64,000 bases of DNA, from contig CAVVTN010000002.1 of assembly GCA_963751115.1 (NCBI GenBank), positions 58,197-122,196 of the forward strand, given 5' to 3'. The position numbers were made by a program, and so were the translations under genes. Within the stretch, counting starts at the first letter, position 1. Each line of letters opens with the position of its first letter. This document shows, in pieces, positions 45,265 through 55,310 of the stretch. Below the pieces are notes generated by a model. That model saw nothing but the letters and a program-made list of their open reading frames with translations. It was not told the DNA's origin and did no database searches. The stretch is from an uncultured Candidatus Altimarinota bacterium. GTDB taxonomy: Bacteria; Patescibacteriota; Gracilibacteria; BD1-5; UBA2023.

Positions 45265-45633
45265 TTAAATAACTTCTGGAGCAAGACTGAGGATTTTTTG
45301 AAATCCTTTTGCCTTAAGTTCTCTGAATACTGGACCAAATACACGAGTTCCTTTTGGTTCGTTGTTATCATTTATAATAACACAACCATTGTCATCGGAA
45401 CGAACGTAGGTACCATCTTCTCGTCGAATGAGGAATGAAGTACGTACGACAACAGCTCTCACTACTGTTTTTTTCTTGATGTTTCCGTTTGGAAGTGCTT
45501 TTTTAACAGATCCAACAATGATGTCACCAACGGATGCATAACGTCTCTTTGAACCACCAAGAACCTTGATGCAAAGAAGCTCTTTTGCTCCAGTATTGTC
45601 AACAACAACGAGTCTACTTTCTGCTTGTATCAT
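45265..45633 (-). CDS. rplN: 50S ribosomal protein L14
   Basis: Intact track ORF. Confidence 0.9.
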   Translation of the reverse strand: MIQAESRLVVVDNTGAKELLCIKVLGGSKRRYASVGDIIVGSVKKALPNGNIKKKTVVRAVVVRTSFLIRREDGTYVRSDDNGCVIINDNNEPKGTRVFGPVFRELKAKGFQKILSLAPEVI

Positions 45634-45688
45634 ACTAAATAGTTATTAGTTATTAGGTGCGAGTTTTAAAATTTCTCGGAAATATATA

Positions 45689-45916
45689 TTACGCTTCAGT
45701 AATAACTTTCCAACGTTTCATCTTACTGAGTGGTCGAGTTTCCTCGATCGTAACAGTTTGTCCAACGACTGAGCTATTTGCCTCATCATGAGCATAAAAC
45801 TTTGAAGAGTCTTTATAGCGTTTCTTATATTTTGGATGAATCTTGTAAGAATCAACGGTAACAACGATGGTTTTATCCATTTTTGTACTAGTGACAATAC
45901 CAGTTTTAGTTCTCAT
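45689..45916 (-). CDS. rpsQ: 30S ribosomal protein S17
   Basis: Intact track ORF. Confidence 0.9.
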   Translation of the reverse strand: MRTKTGIVTSTKMDKTIVVTVDSYKIHPKYKKRYKDSSKFYAHDEANSSVVGQTVTIEETRPLSKMKRWKVITEA

Positions 45917-45942
45917 TGTAAAAAGTGTTAAAAATGTAGTAA

Positions 45943-46143
45943 TTAGATACGTGCTTTCATCATCTGAAGTTTCGCAAGATATTTTTTTTGATCTCCGAGA
46001 ACATGAGATTGTTTTAATTCATTTGCTCGATGTTTCATATTGAGAAGAAATAATTCTTTTTCGGCACTTATGATTTCTTTTGTAAAATCAGCAGCATCAA
46101 GTGATTCGAGTGTCGTAACATCTTTCTGTGATTGTTTTTTCAT
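45943..46143 (-). CDS. rpmC: 50S ribosomal protein L29
   Basis: Intact track ORF. Confidence 0.85.
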   Translation of the reverse strand: MKKQSQKDVTTLESLDAADFTKEIISAEKELFLLNMKHRANELKQSHVLGDQKKYLAKLQMMKARI

Positions 46144-46161
46144 AAAAATTTTTAAAGGGAA

Positions 46162-46563
46162 TTAAACGAGAATTTTCGTCTTTACAGGAAGTTTGTATGA
46201 AGCTCATTCAAAAGCCTCTCTTGCAACCTCTGGAGATACTCATGACATTTCAAAGAGTATTCGTCCCGGTCTTACAGGAGCTCGGTACATTTCTGGACTT
46301 CCCTTTCCTCATCCCATCGGAGTTTCCAATGCTTTCTTGGTATATGGACGATCTGGGAAAACACGAATCCAGAGTTTTCCTCATTTTTTCAGAAATCGGA
46401 TAATAGAACGTCTTGCTGCCTCGATTTGTCGAGAAGTGAGAAATCCTGCCTCTACCGTTTTCACGGCATAGTCTCCGAAAGCAATTTCAGATCCTCTTGT
46501 AGCAACCCCCTTAAGGACTCCACGTTGAGATTTCCGATATTTGATTTTCTTCGGCTGTAACAT
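46162..46563 (-). CDS. rplP: 50S ribosomal protein L16
   Basis: Track ORF 46381..46563 continues through four TGA codons (..LKK-G-GKLWIRVFPD..PMG-G-GKGSPE..) to TAA at 46162-46164. Confidence 0.9.
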
Positions 46564-46615
46564 ACGTTAATATGGTAAATAAGTATAGAGATATTGTCGA
46601 AAAGTCAACAGTTTT

Positions 46616-47248
46616 TTATTTTTTATAGATATCACCTTTGTATATCCAAACCTTGAGTCCAATTACTCCGTAAACGGTATTAGCTCTTTCCATAGCATAA
46701 TCAATATCAGCCCGAATAGTCTGACGAGGAATAGCTCCTTCTTTATATGTTTCTACACGAGCGATTTCTGCTCCATTGAGACGACCACCAAGTATAACCT
46801 TGATTCCAAGACCTCCTTTTTCCATTGTTTTAGAAATAGCGTTCTTGATAACACGACGATACGGAAGTTTCTTTTCAATCTGTCGAGCGATAGAATCAGC
46901 TACGAGAGATGCGGAAAGTTCTGGTTTTTTTACCTCTTTTACATCGATGGTAAATTTTCCAGGAAAACGAGCAGCAATGTCTTTTTCAAGACGTTCCTTA
47001 TTCTCATCATTCTTTCCAAGAACCAATGCGGTTTTGGCAGTATAGATGGTAATATTCGTTTCTGAGTTCGTATGACTAAAGAAGATATTTCCGACAGGAA
47101 TTCCAGTAAGGAATTTCTGAACAAAGATACGGAGTTGAACATCAGAAGAGATCTTTTGACCGTAATCTTTTTTGTCATAGTATCCAGTACTCTTCCAAGT
47201 CTTGATGTATCCTATACGGAATGCGAGGGGGCTAACTTTGTGTCCCAT
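46616..47248 (-). CDS. rpsC: 30S ribosomal protein S3
   Basis: Intact track ORF. Confidence 0.9.
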   Translation of the reverse strand: MGHKVSPLAFRIGYIKTWKSTGYYDKKDYGQKISSDVQLRIFVQKFLTGIPVGNIFFSHTNSETNITIYTAKTALVLGKNDENKERLEKDIAARFPGKFTIDVKEVKKPELSASLVADSIARQIEKKLPYRRVIKNAISKTMEKGGLGIKVILGGRLNGAEIARVETYKEGAIPRQTIRADIDYAMERANTVYGVIGLKVWIYKGDIYKK

Positions 47249-47277
47249 AATGCGTAAGCAAATTATGAAAATAAGAA

Positions 47278-47604
47278 TTATTTAACTCGAAGTTCGAGAG
47301 TGACGTTTGATGTTCTCTTCAAAATCGGATGTGATCGTCCACGGGAAATTGGATTTCCACGCTTATAGACGATACCCTTTGTGACACTCACTGATCAGAT
47401 AGTCAGACCTGCGAGCTCTTGCATATCATTGTGTATCGCATTAGCGATAGCACTTGCAAGAACCTTGTGCATAAGGAATCCTCCTTTGTTTGGCATAAAT
47501 CGTAAGATATCGAGTGCTTTTTTTGCCTCCATACCTCGAACAATTTTAGCTATAACATTGAGCTTTTTGTCGGATATTCGAATATTGTTTGCAATTGCTT
47601 TCAT
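47278..47604 (-). CDS. rplV: 50S ribosomal protein L22
   Basis: Track ORF 47395..47604 continues through TGA to TAA at 47278-47280. Confidence 0.9.
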
Positions 47605-47631
47605 AGAGAAAAATTGAATGAAAAATAACTA

Positions 47632-47895
47632 TTATTTATTTCCAGAGTGTCCAATAAATTTTCGAGTAAATGAGAATTCTCCGAGTTTATGTCCTACCAT
47701 GTCTTCAGTAACGAAAACAGGAGTATGAACTTTTCCGTTGTGAACACCGAAAGTGTGCCCAACGAATTCTGGAGTAACTGTACAAGCTCGTGACCAAGTC
47801 TTGATAACAGTTTTCTTTCCTGACTCATTCAAACGTTCCACCTTTTGTACGAGGCGAGCATCTATATATGGTCATTTTTTAAGACTACGTGTCAT
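47632..47895 (-). CDS. rpsS: 30S ribosomal protein S19
   Basis: MTRSLKK-G(TGA at 47872-47874)[16 protein letters not shown] joins track ORF 47632..47841. The canonical motif is SLKKGPF. Confidence 0.9.
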
Positions 47896-47946
47896 AGTAT
47901 TGACGGATTAAATGAAGTTAAATATGTTCTAATTATAATGTTATGA

Positions 47947-48792
47947 CTATCTAAGAAGTTTTCCTCGGCGAGTTCTTACTACCCATCGATCAGTAGTAGT
48001 TCGACGTCGAGTCTTGACTCCACGAGCTGGTTTCCCCCAAGGGGTTTTTGGACCATTTCGTTGTCCGAGAGACTGATGTCATTCTCCACCTCCATGTGGA
48101 TGATCAACAGCATTCATGGACATACCAAGAACCGTTGGTCGGATACCCATCCAACGAGAACGACCCGCTTTACCGATAACAATTTGATTGTGGTCAGTAT
48201 TGGAAACAACTCCGATAGTTGCGTAACATTTCTTGTGTACTCGACGGATTTCTCCAGAAGGAAGTTTTACTTGAGTATATTCTCCTTCTTGAGAAACGAT
48301 AGTAGCAGAAGCTCCAGCAGAACGAACACTGGAAGCTCCAGCATTAACAATAAGTTCTACATTGTAAACAGAAAGTCCTGTTGGAATATTTCCAATCGCG
48401 AGACGATTTCCACTTGCTGGTTTTGCATTATCAGCAGTAATAATCATATCACCTACTTTCATCTCTTTATGAGCAAGAATATATCGACGTTCTCCATCTA
48501 CGTAACAGATAAGTGCAATATATCCAGTTCGAAATGGATCATACTCAATAGTTTCTACTTTTGCGGGAACATCGAGCTTATCAGTGAAGAAGAAGTCTAT
48601 CTTTCGATACAATTTCTTATGTCCACCACCCTGATGACGAACAGTAATACGACCTGCACTATTACGACCTGCTTGACTTTTTGCACCACGAGTAAGAGCT
48701 TTATGTGGTTCACTTGTCGTGAGTTCCTCGAACGTGTATCCAGTCATCTGTCGACGTCCTGGGGTAGTTGGTTTAAATTTCTTGATTGCCAT
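47947..48792 (-). CDS. rplB: 50S ribosomal protein L2
   Basis: Track ORF 48079..48792 continues ..HPHGGGE-G(TGA)-HQSLGQRNGPKTPWGKPARGVKTRR... to TAG at 47947-47949. Confidence 0.9.
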
Positions 48793-48842
48793 AATGGAAA
48801 ATTAAAATTTGAAGTTAAAGGTTGAAAGTTTTCCTTTCTGCT

Positions 48843-49136
48843 TTATTCCTTAATCTTTTGAAGATCAGCGATTCTCTGTCCTTTCTTAAGAGTAACGAGC
48901 GCTTTAAGACGACTCTTTCTCTTTACTTGAACTCCATGTTTACTATTTCGGAATTTCTCACGAGTAGTAATCATATTCACCTTTGCAACTTGAACTCCGT
49001 AGAGACGTTCAAATGCGATACGAATATCTACCTTCGTAGATTCAGGAGATATTATAACAGTGTAAACTCCTTCGAGCTCGAGTCGTTGACTCTTTTCTGT
49101 TATAACAGGTCTTTTAATAATAGTATAAACTGACAT
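48843..49136 (-). CDS. rplW: 50S ribosomal protein L23
   Basis: Intact track ORF. Confidence 0.9.
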   Translation of the reverse strand: MSVYTIIKRPVITEKSQRLELEGVYTVIISPESTKVDIRIAFERLYGVQVAKVNMITTREKFRNSKHGVQVKRKSRLKALVTLKKGQRIADLQKIKE

Positions 49137-49156
49137 AGCGAAGAAATTATTGGTAA

Positions 49157-49777
49157 TTACAAGTACATGGAGTAGAGTTTCTCGATCGATGCTTTTGTGA
49201 AAACAAGGTTATTATATTTGAGGAGATCCATAGGATTTAAGTAATTAACTCCAATGAATTTTACCGTTGGGATATTTCGACCTGCAACGAATGCTCCAGT
49301 ATCTTCTGGACAAACAGCGAAGACTCCAGATGTTACATTCATCTTGGTAACAAGATCAATCATACTCTTTGTCTTCATAACGTCTGTAGCAAAAGATTCT
49401 ACAATCTTGATACCATTTTCACCTGCTTTCGCTGAAAGGAGAGAGAAAAGAGCAGCACGACGTTCTTTTTTATTCATACGAATTGTAAAGTTTCTGTCTT
49501 TTGTAGGACCAAATGCGGCACCCCCACCTCGACGAACTGGAGAACGAGCATCACCCACACGGGCACTACCAGTTCCTTTTTGTTTGTAGAGTTTACGAGT
49601 GGATCCTTTTACTTCTGCACGAGTTTTTGCGTGAGCAATAGCGATACGTGCATTAGAACGCTGAAGTCGAAGAAGTCGGTGAATAAGTCCCATCTGAACT
49701 TCTCTTCCGAAAAGTTCGTCTTTAAGGCTCATCTTCCCATTTTCTTTTCCTTCTTGTGTGTAGAGAACTGCTTCCAT
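49157..49777 (-). CDS. rplD: 50S ribosomal protein L4
   Basis: Intact track ORF. Confidence 0.9.
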   Translation of the reverse strand: MEAVLYTQEGKENGKMSLKDELFGREVQMGLIHRLLRLQRSNARIAIAHAKTRAEVKGSTRKLYKQKGTGSARVGDARSPVRRGGGAAFGPTKDRNFTIRMNKKERRAALFSLLSAKAGENGIKIVESFATDVMKTKSMIDLVTKMNVTSGVFAVCPEDTGAFVAGRNIPTVKFIGVNYLNPMDLLKYNNLVFTKASIEKLYSMYL

Positions 49778-49790
49778 GGATACGATACAA

Positions 49791-50345
49791 TTAGAAATCT
49801 AAAACTACGAGTGAATTACGAGCTCCTGGAACTGGTCCATGAAGAGCGATAACATTAACATTCTTATTAACCAATTCGATACGGATCTTTTTAAGAGTAA
49901 TCTTATCAAGTCCCATATGTCCGTGCATTTTCTGTCCTGGTTTTGTTCGACGTGGTTTACGACAACCAATAGAACCAAGTGCTCGGTGGAATTTTGATCA
50001 GTGTCCCGCAGGTCCTCCAGCAAAGTTATGACGTTTCATGGCTCCGGCAAAACCTTTACCTTTAGAGATTCCAGATACTGTTACCAATTCAATACCGTCA
50101 AGGATATCGAGTGATACAGTATCACCAACCTTCAAGTCAGCCATAGCACCAGTGAATGAGACTTCTCTCATATGGGAAAGCTTTCCGTCAGTTGCCTCAA
50201 GAACGAGTGCTTCATAACCATCAGTATCGATAGTTTTGATTTGTACTACTTTAATTTCTGGGATTTTAACAAGCGTTACTGCGACCATTGCACCACCTTT
50301 GATGATACGAGTCATTTCAAGCTTTTTCCCGATAAGTCCAGCCAT
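49791..50345 (-). CDS. rplC: 50S ribosomal protein L3
   Basis: Track ORF 49998..50345 continues ..GGPAGH-G(TGA)-SKFHRALGSIGCRKPRRTKPGQKMHGHMG.. to TAA at 49791-49793. Confidence 0.9.
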
Positions 50346-51151
50346 CTGAATATAAAAAGTTACAAAAACTATAATATGTTACTGCATATAAAAGTGCCAG
50401 AATCTTCATGAATAAGGAATGAATCCTTAAGGTAATGAAGATAGAACTTTTATAAGATTTCTCGTTTATTATGCATTGGAGAGGTTGTTATTTCTGTACA
50501 ACATCATGCTTCATGAATTTGAAAGTGGGGGTATTCTATGGAAAAAGGATTCTATGTCAAAAGATTTTTTGAGATTTGAGAGAATTTGAGTAGAAAAAAT
50601 ATTTTCCCGAAGGATTCCAATGTGGAGATAGGATATTTTTTGAATGTCAATTATTTTAGTAGTGCAGCAACATAGTCTTTTGTTCCCAAATAAATGGAAT
50701 TAAATTTTTCGGGAGTATCAGGTGCGAGATTAGATATGTCTGTGCTTTCAGGAGTTTTAGGCAAATGCAAATACTACTGGTAATCCTAGCCTATACTCGG
50801 AAAAACTTGCGAATAAGGAAGGTTCCGCTTTTCCCGACCTCGGAAACAAATGCCAGTTAGTCCTGAGTCGTCATCGGTAATTGACATAAATCCTCAAGAT
50901 AATCATTTGATGTTGGATAAAATTTCGTAGTATATTTTACCAGTTTCGTCGGTAATCTCTCCGAGATTCTGTTCCTACTCTTGTTACAGTACCCTTCATT
51001 TGAGGTTCCATATTCTCAAGACCGCCTTCTAATTATTCTCCTGCCATAGTAGTTAAGATAAAAAATAAAAGTTCCAGATTAATAATATCACAAAAAATCA
51101 TATTTTACAAAAAATAACACCTCTTTTAAAACATTCTCTAAAAATCTTTTT

Positions 51152-51238
51152 TATTTCCTTACAACACCTTTCCTAATTCTCCAATATGCCCAACTTCTAC
51201 AAGTTTCACAGTAGCTCCTTTTTTGAGCTTGATTACTA
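51152..51238 (-). repeat. Orphan duplicate of the radA 3' end
   Basis: About 85 percent identical to 51761-47. On the minus strand it would encode [24 protein letters not shown] plus a stop, compared with [24 protein letters not shown] in radA. Confidence 0.7.
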
Positions 51239-51256
51239 TATCAAAAATCAATAATC

Positions 51257-51517
51257 CTATTTATAGACATCTCATCTGCTTCATATTTTGATGACACAGA
51301 TTATTAACTCGCTATGTTCTATTTTGTAAATTACCCGGTACTTTCAGACGCGGAGTCTGTATCTTTTATCTTCTTTTGGAGAGAGTATTTTGATGTCGAG
51401 TAACTCTTCTCTTCCGATAGCTAAAAGAGTCAGTTTTTCTTCGACTTCTATTTGTAATTTTGTGGGAAGGTTCAAAAACTCTTTTGTCGCTGTTTTCTTG
51501 AAGACGATTTTATACAT
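51257..51517 (-). CDS. RelE/ParE-family toxin
   Basis: MYKIVFKKTATKEFLNLPTKLQIEVEEKLTLL...KEDKRYRLRV-G(TGA)-KYRVIYKIEHSELIICVIKI-G-SR-G-DVYK, TAG at 51257-51259. Confidence 0.8.
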
Positions 51518-51662
51518 TCGATAATTTTTTACTGATATGAATGTATTTTTTAATATCCTCAAAATCAAAACTCTCTTCAGATTCACGAGCCTGGAGATCA
51601 AGTAACTCTTCATCTGAGATGGTTTCTACTGGAAGATTTTTTGTTAAACGAGAGAGATTCAT
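51510..51662 (-). CDS. Putative antitoxin (50 aa)
   Basis: MNLSRLTKNLPVETISDEELLDLQARESEESFDFEDIKKYIHISKKLSNV. Its stop overlaps the toxin ATG (a-atg-ta-taa arrangement). Confidence 0.5.
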   Translation of the reverse strand: MNLSRLTKNLPVETISDEELLDLQARESEESFDFEDIKKYIHISKKLSNV

Positions 51663-51770
51663 AGATGGAATATTAAAGATGTAACTTCACGCAAGTATAT
51701 GTAAGATGCTTATAAAATCAAAAAGTTTTTAATACATGAAATAAGTATTCTGAGATGCTTATTTCTTATT

Positions 51771-53229
51771 TTACAATACTTTCCCCAATTCTCCGATATG
51801 CCCCACTTCTATGAGTTTCACATTAGCTCCTTTTTTGAGCTTGATTCCAGCATTCTTTGGGAGGATGATTTCGGAGAATCCCAATTTGATTGCTTCGTCA
51901 ACACGTTTTTGGAGTCCGAATATATTCTTGATAATCCCAGTCAGGGAAATCTCCCCGAGGAATATCCTCTTCCCGAGTGGGGTATTTTTCTTGGAAGAGA
52001 TAATCGCTGCAACAGTTGCGAGATCGATTCCTGGCTCGGAGATAGATAATCCTCTGGCAACATTGACATAGACGTCGTAACTCTCCAACTTCGTGTCGCT
52101 CCACTTAGAAAGTACCGCGATAAGGAGATCAACTTTCCCAGAAGGAATTCCGCGAGCCGATCGCTTTGGGTAACCAAACTTGGTATAGGTCGAAAGAGCT
52201 TCTATCTCGATAACAATCGGGCGATTTCCTTCGAGAGTGATCCCGAGAGCCGAGCCAGAGAGATGTTCATTTTCCTTGTCGACAAATTCGAGACCCGGAT
52301 TCGGGATATCGATGAGTCCATTTTCTGTCATGCGAAAAAGTCCAATCTCATCGGTCGGACCGAAACGGTTCTTGAGAGCTCGGAGTATGCGATAGTCCTC
52401 ATATTTACTTCCTTCGAGAAAAAGCACTGTATCGACGAGATGTTCCAGAATCTTCGGACCAGAAATCGTTCCTTCCTTCGTCACATGTCCGATAAGGATA
52501 ATAGAACGACCCGTTCGTTTGGAGAATTCCATAAAAACCTCAGTCACGTACCGAATCTGTCCGATACTTCCCGATTGCGAACCGATATCGAGCGAAGAAA
52601 TCATACTCACGGAATCTATGACGATAAGTCCAGAACTATCTTTTTCTAAAGTTTCGAGAATATCTTCTAGCGTATTCGCGGTGAAAATATGAATATGTTC
52701 GTTGGCGATGCCAAGGCGATGTGCTCGATCAGAAATCTGGTGGATATTTTCCTCAGCAGAAACATATACTGCCGTACGCACAGTAGAAATTTCAGAAACC
52801 TCTCAAAAGCGAAGAGATTTGTGCGAAAGATGAGTATCTGAATCGAGTCGTAATAGATTCTACGGCGAATGAAGAAACGGAGTCTTGAACTCAAAGGTCG
52901 AGTTTTTCAGAGGTTTTTCCTGCAAACCAGTCGGTGATTTGAAGTGCCAGCGTCGATTTTCCAATTCCTGGCTCTCCAGAGAGGAGAATAAGACTTCCGG
53001 GGGTTAATCCATCACCGAGTACTGTATTGAGTTCATTACTTCGAAGTTGTACTTTGTGATAGATTCTTGTGCTTCGAGTATTTGAAATACTTTTTGCTCT
53101 TTTCCACTCGTTTGTTTTTTGCTTTTAGAGAGAATCAGTTTCCTCTTCCAAAGTACTCCACTCTCCACAACTTGGACATTTCCCTTGCCATTTTTGACTG
53201 GTGGCACCACATTCACGACATCGATACAT
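51771..53229 (-). CDS. radA: DNA repair protein RadA/Sms; several frame changes and an in-frame TAA (53125-53127) in the 5' third
   Basis: The zinc finger [24 protein letters not shown], Walker [14 protein letters not shown] and the Lon-like C-terminus (track ORF 51771..52781) are all present, but they are distributed over different frames upstream of about 52790. Confidence 0.8.
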
Positions 53230-53272
53230 ACAAGTGAAATTAAAGATTATTCAAATACTATATTTCTTGCCT

Positions 53273-53384
53273 TGTCATTGCGAACAGAGTGAAGCAATCC
53301 AGATTAGATTTTCCTCTTTTTAAAAATAGGTGCTATCGCAGAAGTATCCTGGATTGCTTCGTCGTTCCTCCTCGCAATGACAGA
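53273..53384. repeat. Inverted pair of GTCATTGCGA...GAAGCAATCCAG elements
   Basis: gtcattgcgaacagagtgaagcaatccag and ctggattgcttcgtcgttcctcctcgcaatgac flank an approximately 45-nt spacer. Confidence 0.6.
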
Positions 53385-53416
53385 TGATTCTTATGTATGT
53401 CAGCGAAGGATTTCTA

Positions 53417-54355
53417 CTATCCTTTTAAAACGAAGAAGTTAAACAGAGCATAGCTGGCTACAAGGAGGAGGATACCAATAAGAGCATATTTGATAATGGA
53501 TTTTGCTTTCTTGAGCTTTTCATCATCTCCACCGCCCGTAAGTACGAGAAATCCTGCATAGATGATGAGAATAACGGTAATCAATCCGATGAATCCATTG
53601 AAATAATTTACCAGTTTCGTCATAATCTGCACGGTTGCACCAAGATTCGGAGCACTGACCTGGCATATTCCAAAAAGTCCACCACTACACTGTGCATCTC
53701 CATAAATACTCGATACAAGGACACGAGGAACTTTAATAAGGATAAATCCAATAATTGCAAAAATAATCGTTTGTTTCCCTTTTTTGATTTTGTCATCTGC
53801 TCCACCAGCAGTTATAATTAAATAGAATGCATAAAATGCCATCGCAAGAAAAGCGAATGAAGCAAGAAGTTCGAGCATTCGAACAAACGGATAGACAACC
53901 TTTTCTAGAAAATCAAACGCCGTCACTCCCGTCACCTGTCTGTCGAAAAGTGTCGATATAATAACATACGATATTTGCATCATAACAATCCCGATCGATG
54001 CATATATAATTCCTAATCGCCATTTTTTCATATCTTCCTCACTTCCATCCGAGAAGATTATTTTAAATACCATGATGAAAAGGTATACAACCGCGAGAAG
54101 TGTTACGACATTTTTCAAATCTCGTGCGATGGTTATCATAAGGTACTTTGCTCCTTTTTCTCCCGTCAAATCTCCTCCAAAAAAATACGAACCAAATCCT
54201 CATTTAAAAGAATCTATATACCCCTCTCGGATAGTTCCATTGGTGGCGTCATAATTGACATTCAGGTCACGAGTCGTTGGTTCCGCAAAAGTGGTACCGA
54301 AAATATTCAGAGTCGTAAGAACAAGAAAAAGAGCGATGATTCGAGAAAGTTTCAT
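53417..54355 (-). CDS. Secreted membrane protein with two tandem T4SS-pilin-like (TrbC/VirB2-type) modules
   Basis: ATG at 54355 with signal peptide MKLSRIIALFLVLTTLNIFG, reading through TGA into track ORF 53417..54169. The pattern ..TAGGADDKIKKGKQTIIFAIIGFILI.. recurs as ..TGGGDDEKLKKAKSIIKYALIGILLL.. Confidence 0.55.
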
Positions 54356-54385
54356 AAGAAAAATGTATAGAAAATATTATTATTG

Positions 54386-54427
54386 GAGAGTATATACAAA
54401 AATCACCCGCAGGCAAGCTGAGGGTGA
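54386..54427 (-). terminator. Terminator hairpin after fic (copy 1 of a duplicated 42-bp block)
   Basis: Sequence gagagtatatacaaaaatcacccgcaggcaagctgagggtga. On the minus strand the hairpin is followed by a T-run. Confidence 0.55.
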
Positions 54428-54436
54428 TTTTTTGCA

Positions 54437-55219
54437 CTAATATTTATAAATCTCTTTACTTTCTACCAATTCAAGCTCTTCATTTTTAAATTCTAAAAAA
54501 TTAGAATGCATAAAGTTTATATATTCATCTCGGTTTTCATCTGCTTTTTCTATACTATTAATATAATCTTGTCGATTCTTGAAGAATACAATATTCACAT
54601 TATTCAGTGCAAAAAGAAACCAGAGATTCTGAAGGAGTCTTGCAGTTCTTCCATTTCCATCGACAAACGGGTGAATTTTCACAAAATCCAAATGGAGCAA
54701 ATACCCGTATTCTAATACCTTTTCATAATCCTTGATATCAATATTTTCAGAAAGGATACGATATTTTTCAACAAATTGTTGCATCAATCCTGGAACTTTT
54801 TCATATCTTGGTAGGATGGTTCTAGAAAAAGCGATTCTTACATTTTGACTTCGGTATATTCCAGCGTTTTCTGTGTGTATGTTTTGAAGGATGAAAGAAT
54901 GAATCTTGAGAATAGTTTCCTCAGTAAAAAGAGAAGAAAAGCTCTTGGGAGACTGTTCAAATCACCCCGTCAAACCGAAGATATAGTCGAATGCATTTCT
55001 ATGATTAATGACTTCAAAATGCTCGACAAGGGAATGTCTTGGGATAGTTTCCCCGCGGAGAACCAGACTTGTTTCTCGTTCTGAAAGTGTCGTTCCTTCT
55101 ATAGCATTGGAATTGTAGTTATACTTCACGTCCAAAAAATCCTTGAGCGATTGAGACATAACATCATCCAATGGGAAACAGGACTGGAGTGCTTTGATTT
55201 TGGCTATAAGTTCAAACAT
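54437..55219 (-). CDS. fic: Fic/DOC family protein
   Basis: Track ORFs 54962..55219 and 54437..54787 are in one frame, joined by TGA. The Fic motif is HPFVDGNGRTAR. Confidence 0.85.
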
Positions 55220-55242
55220 ATAGAGATTGATTATGAATTACA

Positions 55243-55284
55243 GAGAGTATATACAAAAATCACCCGCAGGCAAGCTGAGGGTGA
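55243..55284 (-). terminator. Terminator hairpin after the SLH-protein gene (copy 2 of the duplicated block)
   Basis: Identical 42-bp block to 54386-54427. Confidence 0.55.
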
Positions 55285-55310
55285 AAATTAAATCCCAAAT
55301 ATAATACTAT

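Noticed and set aside
48061-48825. 254-aa plus-strand ORF
   Set aside because: It lies antisense to rplB. It is a Ser/Asn-rich shadow ORF.
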